Source: Pseudomonas phage PhiPA3
Sequence record: HQ630627.1
Length of the DNA stretch: 64,000 bases
Direction: 5' to 3' (one strand)
Shown: one piece after another, positions 19,871 to 29,335 of the stretch
Layout of the letters: each line of letters opens with the position of its first letter
Numbering within the stretch: the stretch's first letter is position 1
The notes under the pieces: generated by a model
Told to the model about the DNA's origin: nothing
Seen by the model: only the letters and a program-made list of their open reading frames with translations
Databases searched by the model: none
Translations under genes and position numbers: made by a program

Positions 19871-20078
19871 GTGCGAACCAGATGAACCGCCTGATCCGTT
19901 GGTGCTCATCAATGCCCTGGATCGATATAAAGGGCAAGGCATAACCGATGTTTGGGAAGCACGCTTTCTGATCATGTCGGAAGCGTGGATGAAACAAACT
20001 GGTAATATTGGGTTATGCAATATCCGAATCGACAAGCTGCGTGATTGGAACACAAAGCAATTTGGTTTGGAGAAGTAA
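19716..20078 (+). CDS. o-spanin (Rz1-like) lipoprotein in the +1 frame, overlapping and extending past the Rz-like gene
   Basis: signal-like MSRFRVTPPNRPVMMLVVIVGLSTFLLHGC (the lipobox is imperfect: His at -2), followed by a Pro-rich segment with Cys. Confidence 0.45.
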   Translation: MSRFRVTPPNRPVMMLVVIVGLSTFLLHGCANNTAKPEERPPTAIPSPLLIRCEPDEPPDPLVLINALDRYKGQGITDVWEARFLIMSEAWMKQTGNIGLCNIRIDKLRDWNTKQFGLEK

Positions 20079-20081
20079 GTC

Positions 20082-20489
20082 ATGACGTTAGAAGATACAC
20101 TGTCGAACATGGGTGCTGAACCCATTTCCGCCGCCGAGAACTTCAGGCAGATGATGGCTTTCCTGAACGGAAGTCTTATTCGTGCTGGTCAAGAGAAAGT
20201 TACAGAAGCAACACCTAGTGATCAGGTGTTGCAGGCAATTTACTCTATCCCAGATCAGGCACAGCGTGAAGCTATCCTGTTCCGGGAGTACAAAGAGATG
20301 CCAAAAAAAGATTCGTACAAATCGGTAGTGATTGGCGCAACCACCATTATCGCTGCGATTGTTATCGCTGCATTGGTTGGAATTGTAAAAGCGGAAGGAC
20401 CGATGGATGCTAATACAGCAGATTTGTTTAAATTGATTAGCCAAGGCTTGATCGAGTTACTCAAAGCCATCATTGGTTCCGGACAGTAG
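20082..20489 (+). CDS. membrane protein (single TM at residues ~83-105); holin candidate
   Basis: hydrophobic SVVIGATTIIAAIVIAALVGIV segment; sits between the spanins and the endolysin. Confidence 0.35.
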   Translation: MTLEDTLSNMGAEPISAAENFRQMMAFLNGSLIRAGQEKVTEATPSDQVLQAIYSIPDQAQREAILFREYKEMPKKDSYKSVVIGATTIIAAIVIAALVGIVKAEGPMDANTADLFKLISQGLIELLKAIIGSGQ

Positions 20490-20496
20490 AAAATAT

Positions 20497-20527
20497 AAAA
20501 CCTCCCTCGGTTCTCGGGGGAGGTTTT
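20497..20527 (+). terminator. hairpin AAAACCTCCC-loop-GGGAGGTTTT followed by TTTTATAATG
   Basis: palindrome followed by a T-tract, seen directly. Confidence 0.5.
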
Positions 20528-20582
20528 ATAATGCTATGTAGGCTGAGTAACTTTTTTCTTAAGCCCCATTAGAGGTTTTAGC

Positions 20583-21110
20583 ATGAGTGATCGTTTCCCA
20601 TACAACCTTCCTTCTAGGGAAGCGCTTGTACGCTTGATCCGAGAAACGTCCAAACATACTGGCATTCAATCGGACTACGTAAGTTTTGAGGACCTGTTCT
20701 ATTCTCCGACAGCGCAAGTTCCTGGTCGTACCTACATCGAAATGGAAGATCATATCGGTGCAGTGAAGGACTGGTTCGTTTTCCGCCGTTTGGATATGGC
20801 CACTGTTCTTGGTAACAACACAATTCTGCAACTGACTGAAGCACCGACTCCAGCGGCAGTTGCTACCGAGATTAACCGTTCCCGTAACATGCAGTTCGGG
20901 CCGGATGACCTGTCGTTCTCTACTGACGTAATCCCACATTCAGAGAACGAATTTATTTATACTGTCCGGGCAATGACTGGTTCGTACGCTTACTACGGTA
21001 GCGTTGACGTAACCATCCGTCTGGTTGGTGGTAGCCCCTATGCTCGGGTATTGGAAGACGGTACTTTCCGTTATACCGAAGATGGCAATCTCCGCGAGCT
21101 TGAACACTAA
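20583..21110 (+). CDS. hypothetical protein (175 aa)
   Basis: ORF with AGAGG RBS. Confidence 0.5.
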   Translation: MSDRFPYNLPSREALVRLIRETSKHTGIQSDYVSFEDLFYSPTAQVPGRTYIEMEDHIGAVKDWFVFRRLDMATVLGNNTILQLTEAPTPAAVATEINRSRNMQFGPDDLSFSTDVIPHSENEFIYTVRAMTGSYAYYGSVDVTIRLVGGSPYARVLEDGTFRYTEDGNLRELEH

Positions 21111-21112
21111 AG

Positions 21113-21922
21113 GTGAGTAACATGACATTACTGAAGAAAGGCGACAAGGGTGACGCCGTAAAACAACTACAGCAGAAACTCAAAGACCTTGGGTATACCC
21201 TGGGTGTCGATGGCAACTTCGGTAATGGCACCGATACTGTCGTTCGTTCTTTCCAAACCAAAATGAAGCTTAGTGTTGATGGTGTGGTTGGTAATGGTAC
21301 TATGAGTACTATTGACTCTACTCTAGCAGGCATTAAAGCGTGGAAGACTAGTGTACCTTTCCCTGCGACGAACAAATCCCGAGCAATGGCAATGCCAACG
21401 TTGACTGAAATAGGTCGACTGACAAACGTTGATCCTAAATTGCTAGCGACATTCTGTTCTATCGAAAGCGCGTTTGATTACACAGCTAAACCCTACAAGC
21501 CCGATGGCACAGTGTACAGCTCCGCCGAAGGTTGGTTCCAGTTCCTGGATGCAACATGGGATGACGAAGTGCGTAAACACGGTAAGCAATATAGCTTCCC
21601 TGTTGATCCTGGTCGTTCTTTGCGTAAAGATCCACGGGCTAATGGCTTGATGGGCGCTGAGTTCCTCAAAGGGAATGCTGCTATTCTGCGGCCAGTACTG
21701 GGTCATGAACCGAGCGACACAGATCTTTATCTAGCCCATTTCATGGGAGCAGGTGGCGCAAAACAGTTCCTTATGGCCGATCAAAATAAATTGGCTGCCG
21801 AATTGTTCCCTGGTCCAGCTAAGGCTAATCCTAACATCTTCTATAAATCCGGAAATATTGCCCGCACTTTAGCAGAGGTCTATGCAGTCCTCGATGCTAA
21901 GGTAGCCAAGCATAGAGCTTAA
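21113..21922 (+). CDS. endolysin: N-terminal peptidoglycan-binding domain plus C-terminal lytic transglycosylase-like domain (phiKZ gp144-like architecture)
   Basis: DAVKQLQQKLKDLGY...VDGNFGNGT...VRSFQ PG_binding_1-like repeat; catalytic-like ESAFDY...EGWFQF segment. Confidence 0.75.
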   Translation: MSNMTLLKKGDKGDAVKQLQQKLKDLGYTLGVDGNFGNGTDTVVRSFQTKMKLSVDGVVGNGTMSTIDSTLAGIKAWKTSVPFPATNKSRAMAMPTLTEIGRLTNVDPKLLATFCSIESAFDYTAKPYKPDGTVYSSAEGWFQFLDATWDDEVRKHGKQYSFPVDPGRSLRKDPRANGLMGAEFLKGNAAILRPVLGHEPSDTDLYLAHFMGAGGAKQFLMADQNKLAAELFPGPAKANPNIFYKSGNIARTLAEVYAVLDAKVAKHRA

Positions 21923-21931
21923 GGAATAAAC

Positions 21932-22630
21932 ATGGCTAAGGCTACAAAAATCTCCGAATACGAAATTCTAACCGAGCTTACCGGTGACGAATACGTTGAG
22001 GTAATTGCACCCACCCCTGAAGGGGAACAACCTTTTAAAAACTACCGTGTATCGACGGCTAAGTTTGGTATGGGTAAATCCGCCTATGAACTGGCGGTTG
22101 AAGGTGGTTACACCGGCACTCAGGAAGAATGGCTGGCATCACTGCAAGGTGAATCAGCTTATCAAATCGCGGTTAAGTATGGCTATACCGGTTCCGAAGC
22201 CGAATGGAATGCCGTGTTTGATACCATCTACATTCGCGATGCATCTTCGGCCGGTAAGATCCTCGTAGTTGGTACGGCCGGTACACCGGAGTGGCAAGCT
22301 TTGACTAAGACCCGCGTTGGTCTGGATCAAGTGGATAATACTGCTGACGCCGATAAACCGATTTCCAACGCCGTAGCGGTAGCCCTGGCCAGTAAAGCGG
22401 ATCTGGGCGAAGACGGTAAGATTAATCCAGAACAACTCCCAGCTTCGACTGCCCCGGTTGCAGCCACTGTGGAAGAGGTTCTGGAAGGAGTAGATAATAC
22501 CAAGTTTATTACAGCTGAAACAGTATTTGCTCTGCTGGCTGAAATTGGTATTACAAAAGACGGCAGCGGTAATTGGACCATTGATAGTTCCAAGCTGAAC
22601 CCGCAACCTGAATTCCCAGTCGTGCCGTAA
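21932..22630 (+). CDS. fibre-associated protein with two SAYE(L/I)AVxxGYTGTexEW repeats; N-terminus paralogous to the 22758 protein
   Basis: repeat motif and N-terminal similarity (TGDEYVEVI...NYRVS vs TGEEFLEVI...NYRLM). Confidence 0.55.
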   Translation: MAKATKISEYEILTELTGDEYVEVIAPTPEGEQPFKNYRVSTAKFGMGKSAYELAVEGGYTGTQEEWLASLQGESAYQIAVKYGYTGSEAEWNAVFDTIYIRDASSAGKILVVGTAGTPEWQALTKTRVGLDQVDNTADADKPISNAVAVALASKADLGEDGKINPEQLPASTAPVAATVEEVLEGVDNTKFITAETVFALLAEIGITKDGSGNWTIDSSKLNPQPEFPVVP

Positions 22631-22633
22631 AAA

Positions 22634-22670
22634 TATACTGGAGTCCCTTAGGGGACTCCTTTATGTCGAC
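22634..22670 (+). terminator. hairpin ggagtccc-ttag-gggactcc followed by TTTATGTCGAC
   Basis: seen directly. Confidence 0.55.
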
Positions 22671-22757
22671 TTTAAAATGCCTTACTGTATGAGTCTTATT
22701 TCTCTTAAGACGTGTAAGAAGTAGTTGAAAGACTCTCTTCACCCAAAGGAAGACACA

Positions 22758-25493
22758 ATGGCTGCTAATCCCAATCCGGGAATGATTTCCCAAATGCCCT
22801 CCCTCAACATCGTAACTGGTGAAGAGTTCCTGGAGGTCATCAAGCGTGAGACGGATGGTTCGTACAAGAACTATCGTCTCATGGTATCTAAGATCCGCAC
22901 AAATGAAGGCCTTTCCGCCTATGAAGTTGCCGTTAAGAACGGCTTCGTTGGTACAGAACAGGAATGGCTGGATTCCCTTCAGGGTAAGTCGATCTATCAA
23001 CTGGCTCTGGAACACGGCTTTGTCGGTTCTGAACAAGAGTACCTGGATTCGCTTAAAGGCGAAGCTGGTAAATCTGCTTATCAGACCGCAGTGGACGAAG
23101 GTTACACTGGTACGGAAGCTCAATGGCTCCAAACCCTCGTAGGTCAATCGGCTTACGACATTGCCGTCGAACAAGGGTTCGTTGGTGATAAAGACGCATG
23201 GCTGGCAAGCCTGAAAGGCGAGAAAGGTGACAAGGGCGATGATGCAGATCTCACTGCTGAGAAGCTGCAAGAACTCCTGAACCTGCATGGTTACACCATC
23301 GAACAATCTCTGCGTGTACTGGGTGATAACTCTGGTGTTATTGCTAACGCAGGCTTCTTCAACTTCCTGTTCCTGTTTGACAAGCGTTTGAATAACCGGG
23401 CTAACGACGATGTCGATAAAGTACCGCAGCGCATGGTCGAAATGGGTCGCATGGAAGCAGAAGGTTATTCCTATTGGAAAAACGAACCTGCTAGTACAGA
23501 TGACCCGTCAGGTCCTCTGCCGGCTGTACCAGATTCTGAACTGCGTCTGTTTGATGACGGTAAGTTCCAAATCGGTAGCCTTAACGATTACATTGAATTC
23601 GGCGATGGCTCTAAGGTAAGTATCGTTGTTGGCGGTTCTGCTGTTACTTACGATCTGGCTGAGGCAACTCAAGGTAAAGACGGTAAGTCTGCTTATGAAA
23701 TTGCAGTAGAACACGGCTATACGGGTACCGAGCAAGAATGGCTTACGTCTCTGCGTGGTCCGGCTGGCGCGTCCGCTTATGACGTTGCGGTAGAGCAGGG
23801 GTACACCGGTACCGAAACTGAGTGGGTAGCTAGCCTGCAAGGCACCGATGGTAAATCGGCATATGAGTCAGCAGTTGATGGCGGCTTCACGGGTACTGAA
23901 GAAGAATTCAATACTTCTCTTGCCCAACCAAAAGGAAAGAGTGGCGGTGTATTCATTACCGACATCACTCCCCAATCGGTAAGTGAAAACGTTGGTAACA
24001 AAGTCATGTCGGCCGATGGCTTCTCATTGGTCAGTGCGTCGTCGACTACTAAAGCCGTTACTGTGGCTGTGACTGCAATCACCGGACATACTAACTATCG
24101 TCCAGTGGTTAAGGTAAACGGCGTGACGGTTACCCTGACTGCTAAAGCAGATGCACCTCTGTGGACTGGTACAGCTAATATCACTTTGGCTGATCCTGCT
24201 GAAGGTGAAACCAATGTGGTTATCACCGCAGAACACGAAGATGGCGCTTCGGCTACCAGTACTGTAGCAATGGATACCCCGGCTGTAGTTCTGACTGGCG
24301 TATTCACCGGTAACTATCCGGGTACTCAGACTGAGCTTAAAGCTGGCGATACCATGTCGATTGCTATCACTACCGATCAACCGGTGGTGGCTTATGAGAT
24401 CGAGAACTCGGGTGCATTTGCTGCCAAGAGCGGCACTCTGACATCCGGTACTACGCACACCATCACGGGTGTAGCTATCGCTGATCGCGGTAATACCGCC
24501 GCTATGCATGGTTTCCGTGTACGTGTACGTAAGGCCTCTGGTTCTTGGTCGAACTGGTTCGATAGCTCTACCGTAGGTTCCACTGAGAAGACCCATGTCG
24601 TTAAGTTGAACAACCTGAAGCCAACCGTTACTATTGGTGCAGTAACGTATCCGGCTGGTCAAGGCGCGATTAAGGGTGGTGAATCGGCCCAAGTAGCTAA
24701 CACCCTGGCCAACTTCGACACAGTGTCTTATACCTCAGGTAATGGACAACTGACGGTAGCTAACCCGACTCAATCCGAAGCCAATAAGGTAGTTACTTAT
24801 CTGGCTGGCACATATAACGATTCCACTAACAACTTCACCATCACTGCCAATCGTGCAGCCAACGGTTCTAGCACTACAGCTAGTACTGTGGTGAAGATTG
24901 CTAACGTGGATGTTGCTGCTACTATTACTTACGCAGCACCGCGTCTGCGTTCTGGTGGTAATAATGGTACAGTTGCCCAGCAGCACACTATCACACTCAC
25001 CGCTACTCAAGCACTGACCGATCCGCCGAGCATGAACGTGCCGTCGGGTACCTGGGAAACAGCTGCGTGGCAACCGGACGCCGCTCGTAAAGTCTGGACC
25101 CGTAAACTCATTGTCCATGACAATGATTCCAAAGGTCAGTTTGATTACAACAACGTCGTCCTGAAAGGCCTGAGTGGTCGTGTAGTCTCTACTCTGGCAG
25201 GTGGCGGCACCTATGTAATCGGTGGCTTCGTATTCCGTACTCTGACTGTACCGGCCTATCCGAACCGTTCCACTGAAATTGGTACCGTCGTTGCCGACAC
25301 CAGCAAACTGCGTTGCTCTAACCTCTCGAAGGGAGCTAGTGGTAGTCTGAACTTTACTTATCAGGCAGCTACTACTGACGCGGTTGATCGTTACTCGATC
25401 ACTGGTGGTGACACTTGGTATAACTGCGACGCTGCTAACGCCGTATCTAACACATCCGGTCTGATGCAGATTGAACTTGAGGAAGTCGTATAA
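22758..25493 (+). CDS. large tail fibre protein (about 911 aa) with seven SAYE/GxTGTEEEWL repeats and a Ser/Thr-rich beta-rich C-terminal region
   Basis: ATG at 22758 with AAGGAAG RBS; repeats seen in the translation. Confidence 0.65.
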   Translation: MAANPNPGMISQMPSLNIVTGEEFLEVIKRETDGSYKNYRLMVSKIRTNEGLSAYEVAVKNGFVGTEQEWLDSLQGKSIYQLALEHGFVGSEQEYLDSLKGEAGKSAYQTAVDEGYTGTEAQWLQTLVGQSAYDIAVEQGFVGDKDAWLASLKGEKGDKGDDADLTAEKLQELLNLHGYTIEQSLRVLGDNSGVIANAGFFNFLFLFDKRLNNRANDDVDKVPQRMVEMGRMEAEGYSYWKNEPASTDDPSGPLPAVPDSELRLFDDGKFQIGSLNDYIEFGDGSKVSIVVGGSAVTYDLAEATQGKDGKSAYEIAVEHGYTGTEQEWLTSLRGPAGASAYDVAVEQGYTGTETEWVASLQGTDGKSAYESAVDGGFTGTEEEFNTSLAQPKGKSGGVFITDITPQSVSENVGNKVMSADGFSLVSASSTTKAVTVAVTAITGHTNYRPVVKVNGVTVTLTAKADAPLWTGTANITLADPAEGETNVVITAEHEDGASATSTVAMDTPAVVLTGVFTGNYPGTQTELKAGDTMSIAITTDQPVVAYEIENSGAFAAKSGTLTSGTTHTITGVAIADRGNTAAMHGFRVRVRKASGSWSNWFDSSTVGSTEKTHVVKLNNLKPTVTIGAVTYPAGQGAIKGGESAQVANTLANFDTVSYTSGNGQLTVANPTQSEANKVVTYLAGTYNDSTNNFTITANRAANGSSTTASTVVKIANVDVAATITYAAPRLRSGGNNGTVAQQHTITLTATQALTDPPSMNVPSGTWETAAWQPDAARKVWTRKLIVHDNDSKGQFDYNNVVLKGLSGRVVSTLAGGGTYVIGGFVFRTLTVPAYPNRSTEIGTVVADTSKLRCSNLSKGASGSLNFTYQAATTDAVDRYSITGGDTWYNCDAANAVSNTSGLMQIELEEVV

Positions 25494-28400
25494 TGGCATC
25501 TCCATTTGAGAACTTCGTTAACGGCGAATTGCCGAAGCGTATCGGTACCGAAGACGATCCTCTCAGTGTGCAACAAGGTCATGTCCCGGTAGCTACCGGG
25601 ACTGGCCTTAGCATTGAGTTTAAGGACCCCCAGGAGATTCCTGGTCTGAAAGGTGACGATGGTGCACCGGGTAAATCCGCTTATGAAATCGCCGTTGAAA
25701 GTGGTTTCCAGGGTACTGAACCCGAGTGGGTTGAATCCCTTAAAGGCGATAAAGGGGAAGACGGCACCCAGGGTCAACCTGGTCCGCCTCTGAAGATTAT
25801 CGCAGCTGTAACGCAAGATGACTTTGAAGCGAACATCGAACCGGAAGACACCTGGGATATTGGTGATTCGTGGTGGGTAATGTCGCAAACTGCAACGGTT
25901 CTGAAGATTTGGGGTTACCCGGATCCAGAAGTTCCTGGTCAGAAAGGCCAATGGATTACCACTGACGACATGCGTGGTCCAGCGGGTACTGGCCTGGTTA
26001 TTCGTGGTGAATGGCCTGACAACACCGAATTACCGACCCCTGCTCTGAAAGGTGATACCTACGGTTGGAAACACGCTCTGTGGACTTACATGCTCCGTGC
26101 GGGTATGGAAGATCTCCCAGAGAACTATGCCTATATCCAAGTCGTTCCTGAAGGCCCGGTAGGTCCCAAAGGTGATCAGGGTATTCAAGGCCTGAAAGGT
26201 GATAAGGGCGATAAAGGGGATACGGGTGCAGCAGCACGTCCGTTCTCAGTGGTTGATCAGCTCGCCGACCCATCAGAACTCCCCGATGTTGGTGTATCTA
26301 AACCTGAAGAAGCTTACTCTGTAACCGTAGATGGCGTTGCCCACCTGTACATCTTCTCCGTTACCAATAACCAGTGGATGGACTTGGGTGTTTGGCAGGG
26401 TCCACGCGGTGAAGCCGGCCTGAAAGGCGATAAGGGTGACAAAGGCGATAAAGGTGATTCCGGTGTAGCCGGTACCGATGGTCGTAACGTTACTATCGTT
26501 CAGGTCTTTGCAACCTATGATCTTCTGATTAGTAACCTGATTGGATTGGAACAGGACAAAGCGTACGCTGTTCAAGAAACCAACACAGTTTACTACGCTC
26601 CGGTTACCAGCCCGACAGAAGAACAACTCCTGAACCTGGGTTCCTTCCGTGGACCTCAAGGGGTGAAGGGCGATAAGGGTGACAAAGGCGATAAGGGAGA
26701 CAAAGGTGAGAAAGGTGATACCGGCGACGGTGGTAAGAACCTGACTATCCTGGGTACTCAAGCTGACCTCACCGCGATCGAAGCTCTGCCGACTCCAGTA
26801 GAACAAGATGCGTGGGTTGCTCTTGACAATCTTCATCTTTACATGTACATTGATGGTGCATGGGTTGACCTTGGTACGCACCAAGGGGCTAAAGGTGATA
26901 AGGGCGACAAGGGGGATAAGGGTGATCAAGGTATTCAGGGCCTGAAAGGCGATAAGGGTGACAAAGGTGACACCGGCGAACAAGGTAGATCCTTGGACAT
27001 TATCGCCATCGTTGATGCTGTAGATCAACTTCCTGCGCCAGCTCCTTCTAACCAATACAAAACCGCCATCGTTCGTGGCGGCAACATGTACTACAACCAA
27101 GACGGTTCCGCTTGGGTAGACATGGGTCCTGCTGGTGTTAAAGGTGACAAAGGCGATAACGGTGTTGGCGTTCGTATTCAGGGTGAAGTGGATACAGCTG
27201 CCGATCTGCCGGTACTGACTGATCCTGCTAACGATGAACTGGTGGATGGTGACGCTTTCATCGCTACCTACCAGAAAGATGGCGCTGACGCCAAAGGCCT
27301 CTACATCGTCAACCGCTCCACCAATACCTACGATGGTCCGTTCGACATCCAAGGTCCCGAAGGTCAACAAGGTCCTAAGGGTGACACCGGTCCTCGTGGT
27401 GACGTAGGTCAAGGGATCAAGATTGTTGGTGATTACCCTGACTACGCTGCACTGACCGCCGCACACCCGACGTCAAATATTGGCGACGCCTACTCAGTGG
27501 GTGCCGTTGGTTCCAAATCGCTGTACGTGTGGGCAGTTGATGGCGCTGACGCTACTGAAAAATACCTGAACCTGGGTTCTTTCACCGTAGGTGTGAAGGG
27601 TGACAAAGGCGATAAGGGTGACACCGGCGATACGGGTCCTCGTGGTCCAACCGGTCAGAAAGGCCCTGCTGGTTCCCGGTGGGTTATTCTTCCGGCTAAC
27701 ATGACTACTCCTAACAACACAGTCGGTGTTGAGAACGACTGGTGTCTGGATAAGTCAGGTCAGGTATGGTACCGCGATAGTTCTGGCTGGAAAGAGTTCA
27801 TCCAACTTATGGATGTACCGGTTCCGGAAGTAGATACTGCTGGTCAGAATACCCACATGGTCCGTTACCAAATGGGCTGGGTACCTCTGCCGGGTGGTGT
27901 TGTAGCTAACCCTGTGGATGGCGTACAGTATGTTCAAGAAGGCCAACCTGACGGCTCTACTCAATGGGTAGAACTGCAACTGCCGGGTGAACCGATCAAC
28001 GACATTCCAGGTGATGATCCTGATGCTGCCAAAGCCCATATCCGTGTACGCGGTGAATGGAAACTGGGTGCACCGACTGTCGTAGGTCTGGATTCGACCA
28101 AAACCTACCTGATGAAAACTACAGGTTGGGTACTGGCGGATGTCTACACCGAAGCGCCTAAAGCAGCTGGTGTGTACTATGGCCGTGTGAACGGTGCTTG
28201 GGGTGAGGTTCCTGGTGAGGCACCTACTGACTCTAAGCTGTATGGTCGTCAAGGCAAAGCTTGGGTAGAAGTACCTGCTGCCATCATCTCTTCCGATGCC
28301 CCCGATGCTAAGACCTATGCCCGTAAACAAGGCTCTTGGGTTGAGATCAAAGTCATCGCAGAACCGACCAACGATGGTAAGACCTATGGTCGTACTACGA

Positions 28401-28774
28401 CCGCAGGTAACGTATCGAGCTGGGTGGAAATCACCAAGACCTTTGATACTTACAACCTGAAGTCTTCCACCGTGACAGCTAACGTTACGGTTGACTACGC
28501 TACGCAGCAATGCTACGTGGTTGACGCAAGCGCATCGCGTCAGGTAACACTGAACGCAGGTCCGACTGGCAGGATGGTTACTTCGGTAATCGTTCTCAAA
28601 GGTAACGCTGCGACCAACAAACCGACATTCGTCGCTGGTACTGGTGCACCCACCATTGCCTTCAACGACGGCGTGACTGCTGCTGACATCAAATACGGTG
28701 CCAATAAGACAGTCATGGCGGCTCTGTGGGATGGTGAAACTACGTGGATCATCGCACGCGGTGCTGCGTATTAA
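25493..28774 (+). CDS. collagen-like tail fibre (1093 aa): alternating GDKGDKGD triple-helix blocks and ~60-aa globular modules; C-terminal tip domain
   Basis: at least five G-X-Y blocks (KGDKGDKGDKGD); TAATG overlap with the upstream gene; tandem (K)TYGRxxGxWVE(V/I) repeats near the C-terminus. Confidence 0.7.
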   Translation: MASPFENFVNGELPKRIGTEDDPLSVQQGHVPVATGTGLSIEFKDPQEIPGLKGDDGAPGKSAYEIAVESGFQGTEPEWVESLKGDKGEDGTQGQPGPPLKIIAAVTQDDFEANIEPEDTWDIGDSWWVMSQTATVLKIWGYPDPEVPGQKGQWITTDDMRGPAGTGLVIRGEWPDNTELPTPALKGDTYGWKHALWTYMLRAGMEDLPENYAYIQVVPEGPVGPKGDQGIQGLKGDKGDKGDTGAAARPFSVVDQLADPSELPDVGVSKPEEAYSVTVDGVAHLYIFSVTNNQWMDLGVWQGPRGEAGLKGDKGDKGDKGDSGVAGTDGRNVTIVQVFATYDLLISNLIGLEQDKAYAVQETNTVYYAPVTSPTEEQLLNLGSFRGPQGVKGDKGDKGDKGDKGEKGDTGDGGKNLTILGTQADLTAIEALPTPVEQDAWVALDNLHLYMYIDGAWVDLGTHQGAKGDKGDKGDKGDQGIQGLKGDKGDKGDTGEQGRSLDIIAIVDAVDQLPAPAPSNQYKTAIVRGGNMYYNQDGSAWVDMGPAGVKGDKGDNGVGVRIQGEVDTAADLPVLTDPANDELVDGDAFIATYQKDGADAKGLYIVNRSTNTYDGPFDIQGPEGQQGPKGDTGPRGDVGQGIKIVGDYPDYAALTAAHPTSNIGDAYSVGAVGSKSLYVWAVDGADATEKYLNLGSFTVGVKGDKGDKGDTGDTGPRGPTGQKGPAGSRWVILPANMTTPNNTVGVENDWCLDKSGQVWYRDSSGWKEFIQLMDVPVPEVDTAGQNTHMVRYQMGWVPLPGGVVANPVDGVQYVQEGQPDGSTQWVELQLPGEPINDIPGDDPDAAKAHIRVRGEWKLGAPTVVGLDSTKTYLMKTTGWVLADVYTEAPKAAGVYYGRVNGAWGEVPGEAPTDSKLYGRQGKAWVEVPAAIISSDAPDAKTYARKQGSWVEIKVIAEPTNDGKTYGRTTTAGNVSSWVEITKTFDTYNLKSSTVTANVTVDYATQQCYVVDASASRQVTLNAGPTGRMVTSVIVLKGNAATNKPTFVAGTGAPTIAFNDGVTAADIKYGANKTVMAALWDGETTWIIARGAAY

Positions 28775-28779
28775 CCCTT

Positions 28780-28812
28780 AAAAATGGCCTCCGTTTGGAG
28801 GCCATTTTATTT
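28780..28812 (+). terminator. hairpin AAAATGGCCTCC-gttt-GGAGGCCATTTT plus T-tract
   Basis: 12-bp perfect palindrome. Confidence 0.6.
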
Positions 28813-28869
28813 CGTCTTATTTATCAGAGAAATAATATATTGGGGCCCAGTTAAAATTCAGGAAGCGAT

Positions 28870-29274
28870 ATGGACGGCATCGATAGCTTCACTAGCTTCG
28901 TCAATTCGGAATTACCTAAACGTATTGGTACTGAAGTTGATCCCTTAAAAGTCGGGCAGGATAAAATCGCTGTAAGCACCGGCGTAGGTCTTAGCGTTAA
29001 ATTCGTAGATCCGTTGGAAATCCTACCTAATCAGGGTCTGATAACTGCGGAAAAACTCCCATTACAAGAAGACGGTACGGCGATACTCCCGCAACCGCCT
29101 AAAGGCGGTATTCTTTTGAATCTCGCTATTATTCACTTGAACGATGGTTCAGTGATTGAAGTGACTGGTGTGCACGTCAGGGATGATGTAATTCTGGTTA
29201 TCCCCACGGAAGATTTTGCAACGCTCCAGGATACTGCCGTTTCAGTGACAGTATCCTTCATTGGGGACCTGTGA
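28870..29274 (+). CDS. fibre N-terminal anchor paralog (134 aa), homologous to residues 1-50 of the 25493 protein
   Basis: MDGIDSFTSFVNSELPKRIGTEVDPLKVGQ vs MASPFENFVNGELPKRIGTEDDPLSVQQ; atypical codon usage (CTA/ATA/AGG). Confidence 0.45.
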   Translation: MDGIDSFTSFVNSELPKRIGTEVDPLKVGQDKIAVSTGVGLSVKFVDPLEILPNQGLITAEKLPLQEDGTAILPQPPKGGILLNLAIIHLNDGSVIEVTGVHVRDDVILVIPTEDFATLQDTAVSVTVSFIGDL

Positions 29275-29335
29275 TAGGTCTGGATTTGATGTACTTTAAA
29301 ACGATCGTTGTAAACCCTTGAATAGGTGTTAGAAC

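Noticed and set aside
20559-20939. 126-aa and 76-aa minus-strand ORFs antisense within the lysis cluster
   Set aside because: All well-supported genes in 16.3-31.6 kb are on the plus strand. These have no start context.
26273-27466. 397-aa minus-strand ORF, plus 22551..23306, 24024..24692, 24735..25505, 25391..25951, 27755..28510 and 29489..30355 antisense ORFs inside the fibre genes
   Set aside because: They are shadows of low-stop-codon, repeat-rich fibre coding sequence. Their products are Arg/Val/Cys-rich nonsense, and they have no RBS or terminator context.
26400-27640. Regularly spaced near-identical DNA repeats (ggcgataagggtgacaaaggcgataaaggtga) that look superficially like a CRISPR array
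   Set aside because: The repeats are in-frame collagen-like Gly-X-Y coding units inside one long ORF. The spacers are coding globular modules, and there are no cas genes or leader.
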